Assembly (NCBI GenBank): GCA_963703315.1
Contig: OY969811.1
Location: 1,152,001-1,216,000, forward strand
Source of the DNA: an uncultured cyanobacterium
Lineage (GTDB): Bacteria > Cyanobacteriota > Cyanobacteriia > Pseudanabaenales > Pseudanabaenaceae
Direction of reading: 5' to 3'
Length of the DNA: 64,000 nt
This document shows, piece after piece, positions 1-9,272 of the stretch. The notes under the pieces were generated by a model. The model worked only from the letters and a program-made list of their open reading frames with translations. It made no database searches and was not told the DNA's origin. Numbering within the stretch: the stretch's first letter is position 1; every line of letters begins with the position of its first letter. A program made the position numbers and the translations under genes.

Positions 1-1255
1 TGTTCAACCCGGTCGCGATAATGGCAACTGTGTGATCTGTTGTGGCACGTCCTATGTAGTGCGTCGAAGCAGTCTTGAGGCGATCGGCGGCTATTACACT
101 GGTTGCTGTGTTGAAGACTATCAAACTTCGATTAAGTTGCTTACCAATGGTGGGTGCATCGCCTATCTGAATGAACTATTGAGTATGGGTGAATCTACGC
201 GGATGTTTGCTGATTTTCTCGATCAACGGTTGCGTTGGTTACAGGGAAATATGCAGGTTTATTTCCGTAAAGATTTGCATATATGGACTAAATTAAACTG
301 GATTCAAAAAAGCTTTCATGTTTCTTTAATTTTCTTTTGCTTTAATCCTGTTGTTCGCTTTATCTCTCTGGCTATGCCTCTGTTGAGCTTGTTCTTTGGT
401 ACAGCCCCTTTAATTGCATCTGTGTCTGAATATCTGTATTACGCAGCCCCATTTGCGATCGCCTTCTTATTTGTATTTGGCTGGTCAACAGGCGATCGCT
501 TGTCCGCAATTTGGAATGAAGTGTATGAAACTGCATTTTGTTTTCCTGCAATGGGTCGTTTATCTTTAATTTTAAGAAATCCCTTTGCAAAAGCATCGAC
601 GGCTACACGTAAAGGTGTGAAAGCGGATCGCAAAAATTACAATTTCTGTCATACATATCCTTTGTTGATCATGATGTCCTTAACTGTGATTGGAGTAATC
701 ATGCACTATGGGGGATATTTCCTCAATATTTGGGAAATCAATCAACATGAGTATATGGGTAAAGAGTTTCTGCTCTTTTGGTTGATCTACAACTTTATTG
801 TGATGGCGGTAGCCGTACTTTCGGCGATCGATCAACCTGTACGCCGTGATGTCGATCGCTTTCCATTATGTACTTTTTGTAAATTAACTGTTAAAGATCG
901 GGTGTACTGGGGCTATACCAATGACCTGTCTGAAGGTGGCGCAAGTCTAACCTTGAATAAAAATAATGAGCTTGTCAATCTGCATGGTACTCAAGAAGGG
1001 ATATTAGAGTTTGTGGAGCATGGGTTTACGGTTAAATGTACGGTGATTCGTTCTGCGAGTAGAGATAGATTTGCGAATGCATCCCTACAATTTCAAGATA
1101 TCAACCTTGAGCAACATCGTAAATTGATTGTTTTGCTATATTGCTCATTAGAATGGTGGAAAGAACGGAAGAAGCCCAATGGTTTAGATGCCAGCTTAGA
1201 AGTTTTGGCAGCAATTTTTAAGAGCAAACCTCTATTGAATGTGCATACTAATTAA
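1..1255 (+). CDS. Cellulose-synthase-like GT2 glycosyltransferase with C-terminal PilZ domain (5'-partial)
   Basis: VED and QRLRW (QxxRW) motifs, several TM helices, PilZ RxxxR (RDVDR) and DxSxxG (DLSEGG). Frame is open at the window edge. Confidence 0.85.
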   Translation, partial: VQPGRDNGNCVICCGTSYVVRRSSLEAIGGYYTGCCVEDYQTSIKLLTNGGCIAYLNELLSMGESTRMFADFLDQRLRWLQGNMQVYFRKDLHIWTKLNWIQKSFHVSLIFFCFNPVVRFISLAMPLLSLFFGTAPLIASVSEYLYYAAPFAIAFLFVFGWSTGDRLSAIWNEVYETAFCFPAMGRLSLILRNPFAKASTATRKGVKADRKNYNFCHTYPLLIMMSLTVIGVIMHYGGYFLNIWEINQHEYMGKEFLLFWLIYNFIVMAVAVLSAIDQPVRRDVDRFPLCTFCKLTVKDRVYWGYTNDLSEGGASLTLNKNNELVNLHGTQEGILEFVEHGFTVKCTVIRSASRDRFANASLQFQDINLEQHRKLIVLLYCSLEWWKERKKPNGLDASLEVLAAIFKSKPLLNVHTN

Positions 1256-1256
1256 C

Positions 1257-1295
1257 ACCAAAGCAAAAAATGGCGTTGCCATTTTTTGCTTTGGT
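1257..1295. terminator. Perfect hairpin downstream of the GT2 gene (terminator/REP-like)
   Basis: ACCAAAGCAAAAAATGGC-GTT-GCCATTTTTTGCTTTGGT. Confidence 0.6.
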
Positions 1296-1296
1296 A

Positions 1297-1391
1297 TATA
1301 GCGCTTTTCAAGCAAGCGAGGTACATAGGATTGTTTCCCCGCCTTCGGCGGGGAAACAATCCCGTACTTCACTAGACTGAAAAACGCTATA
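1297..1391. repeat. ~95-bp dispersed palindromic repeat, family A
   Basis: TATAGCG...CGCTATA ends around the hairpin GGATTGTTTCCCCGCC-TTC-GGCGGGGAAACAATCC. Related copies at ~29426, ~42980 and ~45978. Confidence 0.8.
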
Positions 1392-1448
1392 TGAAGTGCC
1401 TCGCTACGCGAGGCACTTCATCACGCTAAATTCTCTTTGTGATATGCC

Positions 1449-2750
1449 ATGACATTCTTGAGTAAGTCTCGTTGGTTTGTGTGGATATTGGCGATCGCCC
1501 TCTGCATTGGGCTATTTCAGTCGCCAATTTTGCAAATGTTTGCTGTACCTCAAGCTCAGTTAATTGAACCGACAGTTAATCAACTTGAGGCAAGGATTCG
1601 CAAAATTCGCATGGGAGACTTACAGATCAAGGTAATTGATGACAAGCAAAATCCTATCGCAAATGCCGAGGTTTTGGTCGAGCAGATTGCTAACGCTTTC
1701 CAGTTTGGGGTTTCTTTGCGTACAGAGATGTTTCGTGATGACGCAGATCGAGCTTCTCAAAGGCAATATTTAAAAATAGCGCAAGAACTTGCTAATAGCA
1801 GTGTTCATGAAGATGCCCTCAAATGGTATTCCACAGAGTCAAATCGTGGACAAGTAACCTATAGTGATGCCGATCGCATTTTGGACTGGAGCGATCACCA
1901 TTATCCTCTACCAATGCGTGGACATAATCTATTTTGGGAAGTTGAGCAATGGCAGCAATCATGGCTCAAGCAACTCAGCAAAGATGATTTACGTCAAGCC
2001 GTCCTTCAACGAGCAACCGATATTTGTACTCGCTATCGAGGGCGCATCACTGAATACGATGTTCTCAATGAAATGCTGCATGGCAACTTTTTTCGTGGTC
2101 GGCTAGGCGATCGCATCGTTGATGAGATGTTTGCCCAATGTGCCAAAGCTGATCCTCAAGCTCATCTTTATCTCAATGAATATGACATCCTCAACGGCAA
2201 ATTGGTTGATGCTTATAGCAAACAAGTTCGCACCCTCTTAGGGCGAGGCGTGAAGGTGGGAGGCATAGGCATACAGGCACATATTCGCGAAAACATTGCG
2301 ATCGCCCAAATACAATCAAGCATTGATCAGATGGCGAAGCTAGGATTACCGATCAAAATCACAGAAGTTAGCGTTCTTGCGGATACTGAGTCTCGCAAAG
2401 CCCAAGTTCTCACTGATCTATATCGGGTTGCCTTTGCTCATCCTGCTGTCAAAGGGATTACACTATGGGGATTTTGGGAAGGTGCAGCATGGGAGCCAAA
2501 AACTGCCCTATACGATCGCCAATTTAAGCCACTCCTCGCCGCCCAAGCCTATCGAAAACTGATTCTAGAGGACTGGAGAACCAATACAAAGGGCAGCACT
2601 GGTCATGAGGGTAATCAAGTGGGTATCTATTCCACAAGAGCTTTCTTTGGTACTTATCGAGTAACTATTAAAAGTGGCGATCGCCAGATTCAGAAAACAA
2701 TTACTTTTAATGAGAGAGATCGCAAAGTGCCTTATATCATTTCTTTATAG
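1449..2750 (+). CDS. GH10 endo-1,4-beta-xylanase-like glycoside hydrolase, N-terminally anchored or exported
   Basis: LKW, RGHNLFW, YDVLNE (acid/base Glu), GIQAH, ITEV (nucleophile Glu), WGFW; hydrophobic N-terminus. Confidence 0.85.
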   Translation: MTFLSKSRWFVWILAIALCIGLFQSPILQMFAVPQAQLIEPTVNQLEARIRKIRMGDLQIKVIDDKQNPIANAEVLVEQIANAFQFGVSLRTEMFRDDADRASQRQYLKIAQELANSSVHEDALKWYSTESNRGQVTYSDADRILDWSDHHYPLPMRGHNLFWEVEQWQQSWLKQLSKDDLRQAVLQRATDICTRYRGRITEYDVLNEMLHGNFFRGRLGDRIVDEMFAQCAKADPQAHLYLNEYDILNGKLVDAYSKQVRTLLGRGVKVGGIGIQAHIRENIAIAQIQSSIDQMAKLGLPIKITEVSVLADTESRKAQVLTDLYRVAFAHPAVKGITLWGFWEGAAWEPKTALYDRQFKPLLAAQAYRKLILEDWRTNTKGSTGHEGNQVGIYSTRAFFGTYRVTIKSGDRQIQKTITFNERDRKVPYIISL

Positions 2751-2768
2751 CGACGAAACGCCCCCACT

Positions 2769-5276
2769 CTATGCATGGGTGGACTTGGTGTGCCAGTATT
2801 GTAGAGTTTCTCTGAGTTTTTCTCTGCGAATGGGCTTACTCACGTAATCATCCATCCCTACCGCCAAACAGCGATCGCGATCTTCCGTAAACGCATTAGC
2901 AGTCATCGCAATAATTACCAGATGTTTAGATTGAGATGATTGATGATTGGCTTCTAGCTGGCGAATGGCTTGAGTTGTTGCATATCCATCCAAAAGAGGC
3001 ATCTGGCAGTCCATTAAAATAATGTCATAATTTTTAGTCTTAATTGACTGCAATACCCGTTCTCCATTTTCGGCTAAGTCTGCCTTACAGCCTAGTTGCG
3101 ATAAATAGGACATCATTACTTTCTGATTAACTATATTATCTTCTGCTAATAAGATTTTCAAATTGCTCAGATCCTCGTTGCTATTTGTCTCTCTAGCATT
3201 TTGGACAATTGGACTATTAGTTGGAAAACTGTCCAAAGGTAACTCTATATTAAGAGCAGCATATATTGCTGTTAGTAGTCTCTTGCGTTTTAAAGGTTTG
3301 CGAACGTATCCACAAAATCCTTGGTTGATAATGGATTGAATTTCACCTTGGCAATTGGTAGTTAATATCGCTATCAGTGGTAAATTGACCAATTCTGGTT
3401 TCGCATGAAGTTGGTGCGCTACTTCAACTCCATTAGAACCGATAGAGTTCCAATCAATTAAAACCGCATCAAGTGGTCTGACCGAATCTAGACAGGCGAT
3501 CGCTTCTTTAAGATTATTGGCTTCATATAAAGTCGCCCCAAATTTAGCAAGATGATAACGAATTACATCGCGGGAATGCTGATGTCCATCAATTACTAAA
3601 ATACGTCTCTTAGCTAAACCCTGAGCTTTATCACCTAAAGACTGAGATTCAGGCTGAGGTGGAACTGTGAAAGGAATCCTAAACCAGAAATGCGTACCTC
3701 TTCCACTGTCAACAGGACTTAAGACACCAATTTCTCCTTGCATCAGTTCTACTAACTGACGACTGATCGCTAGTCCCAATCCAGTACCACCAAAAAGACG
3801 AGTTGTTGAGGTGTCAACCTGCGAAAATGGCTTAAATAATTTATCTTGATCTCCAGCATCAATCCCCATACCTGTATCAATCACAGAAAAGCGAAGATAA
3901 ATTTGAGGCAAATGGTGATTAGCTAAATCACTTACTGATGTAGCTAAGGTCTGTTCAAAATCGCGATCGCGTGCAATTTTAACTAAGACTTCCCCATGTT
4001 CTGTAAACTTAATTGCATTGCCAATTAAGTTCATCATAATTTGCCGTAACCTCACTGTATCGATAGTTAATAAGGTTGGCAAATTCTCGGCAAAGGATGC
4101 ATTAAGCTCTAGTCCTTTTTTGTGAGCTTGCAATGCAAATAGTTCTAGAGTTTCTTCAATAAAATTCTCTAAATTGAAAGGTAAGTTCTCTAGTTTTAGT
4201 TCTCCTGCATCTAATTTTGATAAATCGAGAATACGATTAATTAAACTGAGCAATAGATTGCCACTCAGACGAATATTTTCGACAAAGTCTTGCTGACGCG
4301 CATCTAGAGGTGTGCCTAAGAGTAAATCTGTCATGCCTAAGACACCATTCATAGGCGTACGAATTTCATGACTCATATTTGCTAAGAAGATACTCTTAGC
4401 TTTTGCAGAATGTTCAGCAAATTGTCTAGCTGCTAACAACTCCTGTTCTTTGCGTCTAAGCTCAGTAATATCACGACCAACATAAACAAAATCATGGGCA
4501 GATGCTGGATCATGTTCAAGTCGATGATTAGATATGGGTGAGCAAGAAAAAGATATTAGAATTTCTTCTTTTGCCTTAGATAAACAAAGTATTTCGATAT
4601 TTTCAAGATAGCGATCGCCTTCTAATTTGTGAGTATCATGAGCCGCAAAATCTAGATATTTTTGATGGATTAAATCAAGCTGCTCCGAATCATGAAATAG
4701 CAAAGAAATTGAATTATTAATTAACTCATCTTGAGTATAACCAAACAGATGTATAGTTGCAGGATTTATCGTTTTAATTATGCCTAGTCGATCAGTTACA
4801 ATCAAGGCATCTGCCATTGCCAAAACAACTTTATCAATATATTTTTTTGACTTTGCTAATTCATTTGCAAGTAGCTCAGATTCATTAGCTCTTTGCATTA
4901 AATCCTGCGACATAGTCATTATTTCAGTTGCATCTTCAATACAAATAATAATATTGCCATCAGATTCTTCTAATTCATTAGTAGCAATAATATAAAGATT
5001 AAAGTAAATAGGTGATTTTGAATTATTGGAACGACAAATACCTTTAATTTCAAAACTAGTAAGTTGGTTAAGCCAAATATTATTAAAAACTTCTTCTAAT
5101 CCAACTGTCTCTGGAAATACTTGGCGAATATCTTTATTGAAAAGTGGCTCATAAGGACATTCAGAAAATCTTGCAGCACCATAGGAAGTATCAATGATCA
5201 CAAACTCTCGATCAATCACAATGAATGATCTCTCTGAATTCGTAAGAAGTTTTTTGAGAAGTTTTGACTGTTTCAT
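2769..5276 (-). CDS. Hybrid sensor histidine kinase (PAS-PAS-HisKA-HATPase-REC-REC)
   Basis: FLANMSHEIRTP H-box, NLIGNAIKF N-box, DTGMG and GGTGLGL G-boxes, C-terminal receiver (LLAEDN, DCQMP, KP). Confidence 0.92.
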   Translation of the reverse strand: MKQSKLLKKLLTNSERSFIVIDREFVIIDTSYGAARFSECPYEPLFNKDIRQVFPETVGLEEVFNNIWLNQLTSFEIKGICRSNNSKSPIYFNLYIIATNELEESDGNIIICIEDATEIMTMSQDLMQRANESELLANELAKSKKYIDKVVLAMADALIVTDRLGIIKTINPATIHLFGYTQDELINNSISLLFHDSEQLDLIHQKYLDFAAHDTHKLEGDRYLENIEILCLSKAKEEILISFSCSPISNHRLEHDPASAHDFVYVGRDITELRRKEQELLAARQFAEHSAKAKSIFLANMSHEIRTPMNGVLGMTDLLLGTPLDARQQDFVENIRLSGNLLLSLINRILDLSKLDAGELKLENLPFNLENFIEETLELFALQAHKKGLELNASFAENLPTLLTIDTVRLRQIMMNLIGNAIKFTEHGEVLVKIARDRDFEQTLATSVSDLANHHLPQIYLRFSVIDTGMGIDAGDQDKLFKPFSQVDTSTTRLFGGTGLGLAISRQLVELMQGEIGVLSPVDSGRGTHFWFRIPFTVPPQPESQSLGDKAQGLAKRRILVIDGHQHSRDVIRYHLAKFGATLYEANNLKEAIACLDSVRPLDAVLIDWNSIGSNGVEVAHQLHAKPELVNLPLIAILTTNCQGEIQSIINQGFCGYVRKPLKRKRLLTAIYAALNIELPLDSFPTNSPIVQNARETNSNEDLSNLKILLAEDNIVNQKVMMSYLSQLGCKADLAENGERVLQSIKTKNYDIILMDCQMPLLDGYATTQAIRQLEANHQSSQSKHLVIIAMTANAFTEDRDRCLAVGMDDYVSKPIRREKLRETLQYWHTKSTHA

Positions 5277-5378
5277 AGCTACTAACGATACTAAAAAGTA
5301 TAGGTTTTATGATTCTTGTGCGATATTTTTATTGACAAAAATGATGGTATTTGCGGTTGAGGGTTGTTAATAATGGAA

Positions 5379-5942
5379 TTATTTTAGCATTAGCATTTTA
5401 CGTGCTAGTGTTTGGAATATTTGGTCAACTCCTTCTCCTGTTTTGGCAGATGTTTCCCTTACTAGGGTATTGAGAGCAGCAAATTCATGCACTATCGGTT
5501 GAAGGAAACCTTCTCTTTCTTGAACTCCGATTAAATCAACTTTATTCAGAGCAATTATTAAGTTAGATTGAGGATTTACTGTTTGAAAAAGTTGAACATG
5601 ATCTTTAAGGTTTTGTATACTTGATTTTCTCGTTACATCTGCAACTATGAGCGCTCCCTTTGCCCCTTGCAAGTAACTAGGTGCAATCCCTTTAAAACGG
5701 GTACTACCTTCGATATCCCAAATCACTAACTGTAATTGTTTCAATTCTCCATCATCGAGTCGAGAACTATCTACAGAAGCATCAATGGATACTAGTTTAC
5801 GAGAGATTTTTACACCAACTGTAGACAGGTATTTATCACTAAATTGGCGATCAACAAATTGACGAATCAGACTAGTTTTGCCAACACCAAAATCGCCGAT
5901 AAGACATATTTTTTGAGAAATTACTTTAGAAGGAGCAGACAT
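5379..5942 (-). CDS. Rab/Ras-superfamily small GTPase (Rup-type)
   Basis: G1 GDFGVGKT, G2 STVG, G3 WDIEG, G4 NKVD, G5 SAK; 187 aa, stand-alone. Confidence 0.9.
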   Translation of the reverse strand: MSAPSKVISQKICLIGDFGVGKTSLIRQFVDRQFSDKYLSTVGVKISRKLVSIDASVDSSRLDDGELKQLQLVIWDIEGSTRFKGIAPSYLQGAKGALIVADVTRKSSIQNLKDHVQLFQTVNPQSNLIIALNKVDLIGVQEREGFLQPIVHEFAALNTLVRETSAKTGEGVDQIFQTLARKMLMLK

Positions 5943-6092
5943 TTAATTAGATACAGATAATTAGATACAGACTTTTACACCAAAACTAAAAATGGCGTAG
6001 CCATTTTTAGTTTAAAAACCCTTACTGGGTTTGTTTTTTAATTCACAAATTTTTAATTCACAAAAATGTTGTCACACTTTCGTGAATTGGTA

Positions 6093-8777
6093 TTACTTTA
6101 GCGTAGGCTGAAACTCTACCCACCTTGCTGCTTGGTTAGGGGCTTGCTGAATAGATGAATCTATTATCCCAGAAATATGTAAGCGTTTAGCATTTACCCC
6201 TCTTTGCAATAGGGCATCACGCACTGATTGCGAACGTTTCATGCCTAGTTGAAAGTTCGTTGCCAGATCACCTAAGTTATCACTCTTTGCCAAAATTTTG
6301 AGGTTATAGTCTGGATACATATCTAGAAAAGCTTTGACTTCCACTAGTTTTTCTAGTTCTATAGGTTGCAGCACTGTCACCCCCAATGAAAAGTAAATCC
6401 GCGTAGATAATTTGGGAATAACAATAGCAGCAGCGTTACTAACTGAAGTAACTCCAGAGATTTTAGTAAATGTCTGTGTAATCTTGGGGATCATGCTGGG
6501 CTGCTCGATTTGACCTGTAATCGTGATTTGCCCATTTTGGAACTGACTACTGATTCTTACGCCTTGAGTATAGTTAAGGGCTTTGGTGAGACGTTGAACC
6601 TCATTAGCAACCAAGATTGGTTCAGGGGGAACATTCACAGCATAGATGTTGTTATTAATTTTGTCGGTGGTGATTTCTGACTTTTCCGACTTGGTAGTCG
6701 CGATCGCCACTTGTAAGGCGCGATCGCGTAAATCTTGATTGGGTAATTTACCTGTTAACTTGAGGCGATCGCCATTGGCGGCAACATTTAAACGATAGAC
6801 TGCTAGTTCAGGTGTACTGGCAAAAGCTTCTAAGACTTTGGCTTCAAGTTGGCGATCGCGCTGAAATTGATATTGATAAAAGCCAATGGGAATAAAAATC
6901 AAAGCAAATGTCGCTAAGCCGATCCAAAGTAAAGTTTTTCCTGATTTTTTTGCCGACTTAGACTGATCGACCTCCATGAGAGTTTGCAGTTCGATTTCTG
7001 CCTCAGACGGAATTGTTTCAGGATCACCATCAAATTCCTTGAGGCGATCGCCATAGACTTGAATAATGCGACCAAATACATCACGAATTTTGGCAACAAA
7101 TATAGGCGCAGGTTCCCCATCAATGATTACGGCTAAATAACAATATCCTGCCACCTCTAGCAAAATCTTGGAGCCGCTATAGTTAATGGCATCCAGTTCT
7201 GTATTACTTTCTGACCGCGACATACATTCACTAGCAAAGCTGCGAATCGCAGTTAACATCCCCGCCAACATATCCGAATCGATTGGCTCAGCTTCAGAAT
7301 TGAGATCGCTCTGTTGCAGATCGATCATCACTAAGCCAGATAAATTATGAATTAAAAATATTGCTTTTATCTTAAATGGTACTGATTCTTTGAGAATTAA
7401 TTCAGCTTCAGACACGCCTTGCATCTTGGCGCGAAATTTACGCTGTACGCCTTCGACACTAAAGGTTTGTTCGACTTTTTGGTTAATAGAGCGAATTGCT
7501 TCTGCAAAATATTTGGCGATCGTATTGCCAATCACAGGATAGAGTGCGTCCACCATCGATTCCCGTTCGAGGACAATTTGACGTTTAATCGCTGAACCCA
7601 TCTCTGGGGCTAGGGCATCAACGATCGCATCACGGTCAAGGCGAATTTGTTCACGAATAGCGGCTCCCATTTCTGGCGCGATCGCCTTCGCAATCTCATC
7701 GGGACTATTGCGAATTTGTTCACTGAGAGCATTAGGCAAAATATCAGCGATCGCTCGGCTCATCGACACCCGATCTAGTTGCGATCGCTCAAAAATTACC
7801 TCTGCAATAATTGGCATAATTGCCTGACACATCTCCTCTCTAGATTGATTAGCTTTAAGATTGAGAATCTCCGCGATAATTGGCAACAAAAGCTGGACTA
7901 ACTCTTGAGGTTGGTATAACTTTTTCTCTAATTGAGCAACACGTTCCCTAACATTCTCAATCTCTATTGGAATGCTATCTTGATCATTACCAATTTTTGT
8001 CAGTTGTGAACCAAGACTGCTCAGCCCAAGCGATGCATTTTGAATTAAGCTCTCTAAACCCTCAATCTTATTCTGTAAGTCTGGACTATTGACTTGCTGC
8101 TCGACGATGCCTAACTTTTGTTCGACCGATATTTTAAAACTGCGTAGCTCTTCTAATTCTGGACTAACTAAAATATCTTGCAATATATGAAGGGCTTGAT
8201 CGTCTTCCGATGATGCCAAAATCTCTTCAGATGAACGCTCAAAAGATTTTTCTGTCAGATCTAGTTGAGGAGAATCTAGAGATCTTTCATCACCTAAAAG
8301 CAATGTATGTATAAGATTAATAGTTTCTAATTCCTCATCTTTTTTGTTAAATGACAAGTATTCTGCATTATCCGAAGAACTAGAATTTTCTTGCTCAAGG
8401 TTGATAATGCTTTCCTTTTCTAGACTATTTGCTTGATTATTTGCTTGGATAGATGGAAGATCCCTTAAAAAGGGTAGCTCATCTAAGAGGCTAGGAAAAG
8501 GATAAACTGGTGGCGATCGCTTTAGGTTTGGAACCTCTACATCTGATGCTGATCTAACCTCTAGGGAGAGCGAACTCGTTTCTAGCTTGTTGTTTCTAGA
8601 GTTATTTTTAGAATTAATATCTAGAGTATTTAAAGTGACTATCTGTTCTTGGTTCTGTGGATTTTCAGGCTTTTCAGAATCCATGATTTTTAGATCAGAG
8701 AGCAGAAGCAACAACTTCTCAACATCATTGAGAGAGTTATTCTGAGCTTTACTATTTTTCTCTGATCTATCAGACAT
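6093..8777 (-). CDS. Single-pass membrane protein: acidic low-complexity and coiled-coil N-terminus, roadblock/longin-like domain, TM, BON and OmpA-like C-terminus
   Basis: IFLIHNLSGL..DSDMLAGMLTAIRSF (longin/roadblock-like); TM LLWIGLATFALIFIPIG; SDNLG..NFQLGMKRSQSV..R.VEF (OmpA-like). Confidence 0.72.
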   Translation of the reverse strand: MSDRSEKNSKAQNNSLNDVEKLLLLLSDLKIMDSEKPENPQNQEQIVTLNTLDINSKNNSRNNKLETSSLSLEVRSASDVEVPNLKRSPPVYPFPSLLDELPFLRDLPSIQANNQANSLEKESIINLEQENSSSSDNAEYLSFNKKDEELETINLIHTLLLGDERSLDSPQLDLTEKSFERSSEEILASSEDDQALHILQDILVSPELEELRSFKISVEQKLGIVEQQVNSPDLQNKIEGLESLIQNASLGLSSLGSQLTKIGNDQDSIPIEIENVRERVAQLEKKLYQPQELVQLLLPIIAEILNLKANQSREEMCQAIMPIIAEVIFERSQLDRVSMSRAIADILPNALSEQIRNSPDEIAKAIAPEMGAAIREQIRLDRDAIVDALAPEMGSAIKRQIVLERESMVDALYPVIGNTIAKYFAEAIRSINQKVEQTFSVEGVQRKFRAKMQGVSEAELILKESVPFKIKAIFLIHNLSGLVMIDLQQSDLNSEAEPIDSDMLAGMLTAIRSFASECMSRSESNTELDAINYSGSKILLEVAGYCYLAVIIDGEPAPIFVAKIRDVFGRIIQVYGDRLKEFDGDPETIPSEAEIELQTLMEVDQSKSAKKSGKTLLWIGLATFALIFIPIGFYQYQFQRDRQLEAKVLEAFASTPELAVYRLNVAANGDRLKLTGKLPNQDLRDRALQVAIATTKSEKSEITTDKINNNIYAVNVPPEPILVANEVQRLTKALNYTQGVRISSQFQNGQITITGQIEQPSMIPKITQTFTKISGVTSVSNAAAIVIPKLSTRIYFSLGVTVLQPIELEKLVEVKAFLDMYPDYNLKILAKSDNLGDLATNFQLGMKRSQSVRDALLQRGVNAKRLHISGIIDSSIQQAPNQAARWVEFQPTLK

Positions 8778-8823
8778 AAACTACTTCCCAAAAAGTTGCG
8801 ATGTTGCTTCAATTCCAGATTAT

Positions 8824-9027
8824 TTAACCACCGCCCACAATCGTGACAATTTCTAGGCGATCGCTATTTTGAATAATCGTTTGTTCCCATAACTGACGAT
8901 GTAAAATTTCGCCATTATACTCCACAGCCACTAAGCGAGGATTGAGTCCTAAATATTTCAGCAATTCGACCATAGTCAGATCTGGCTCACAGGTGCGATT
9001 ATCACCATTTACTTGTAACGTAATCAT
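8824..9027 (-). CDS. thiS: Sulfur carrier protein ThiS
   Basis: VNG..VAVEYNGEI..DRLEIVTIVGGG C-terminus; start moved to the MITLQ ATG. Confidence 0.92.
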   Translation of the reverse strand: MITLQVNGDNRTCEPDLTMVELLKYLGLNPRLVAVEYNGEILHRQLWEQTIIQNSDRLEIVTIVGGG

Positions 9028-9067
9028 AAATCTAAAATCTAATTTTAATTTCATTAACCTATTGCTT

Positions 9068-9173
9068 TAAGTAGCTAGGCATAAGTATAAACTTAAACTC
9101 TAGAAGCTTGTGCCGTCCGCGTAGCGGGCAGCACAAGCTTTGGTTTTGGATTTTAACTATGCTGAGCTACTTA
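9068..9173. mobile_element. MITE-like element, family B (copy 1)
   Basis: TIRs TAAGTAGCTAGGCATA / TATGCTGAGCTACTTA (14/16 match) around an internal hairpin; near-identical copy at 53397-53500. Confidence 0.75.
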
Positions 9174-9272
9174 TGAAGATTATTTTTTGCTTTGTCAAAA
9201 AATAATCTTCACAAAATGATCTACATCTATCATCCCAGAAGTTCTATACTTCAGTACTAAAACGATACCTGT

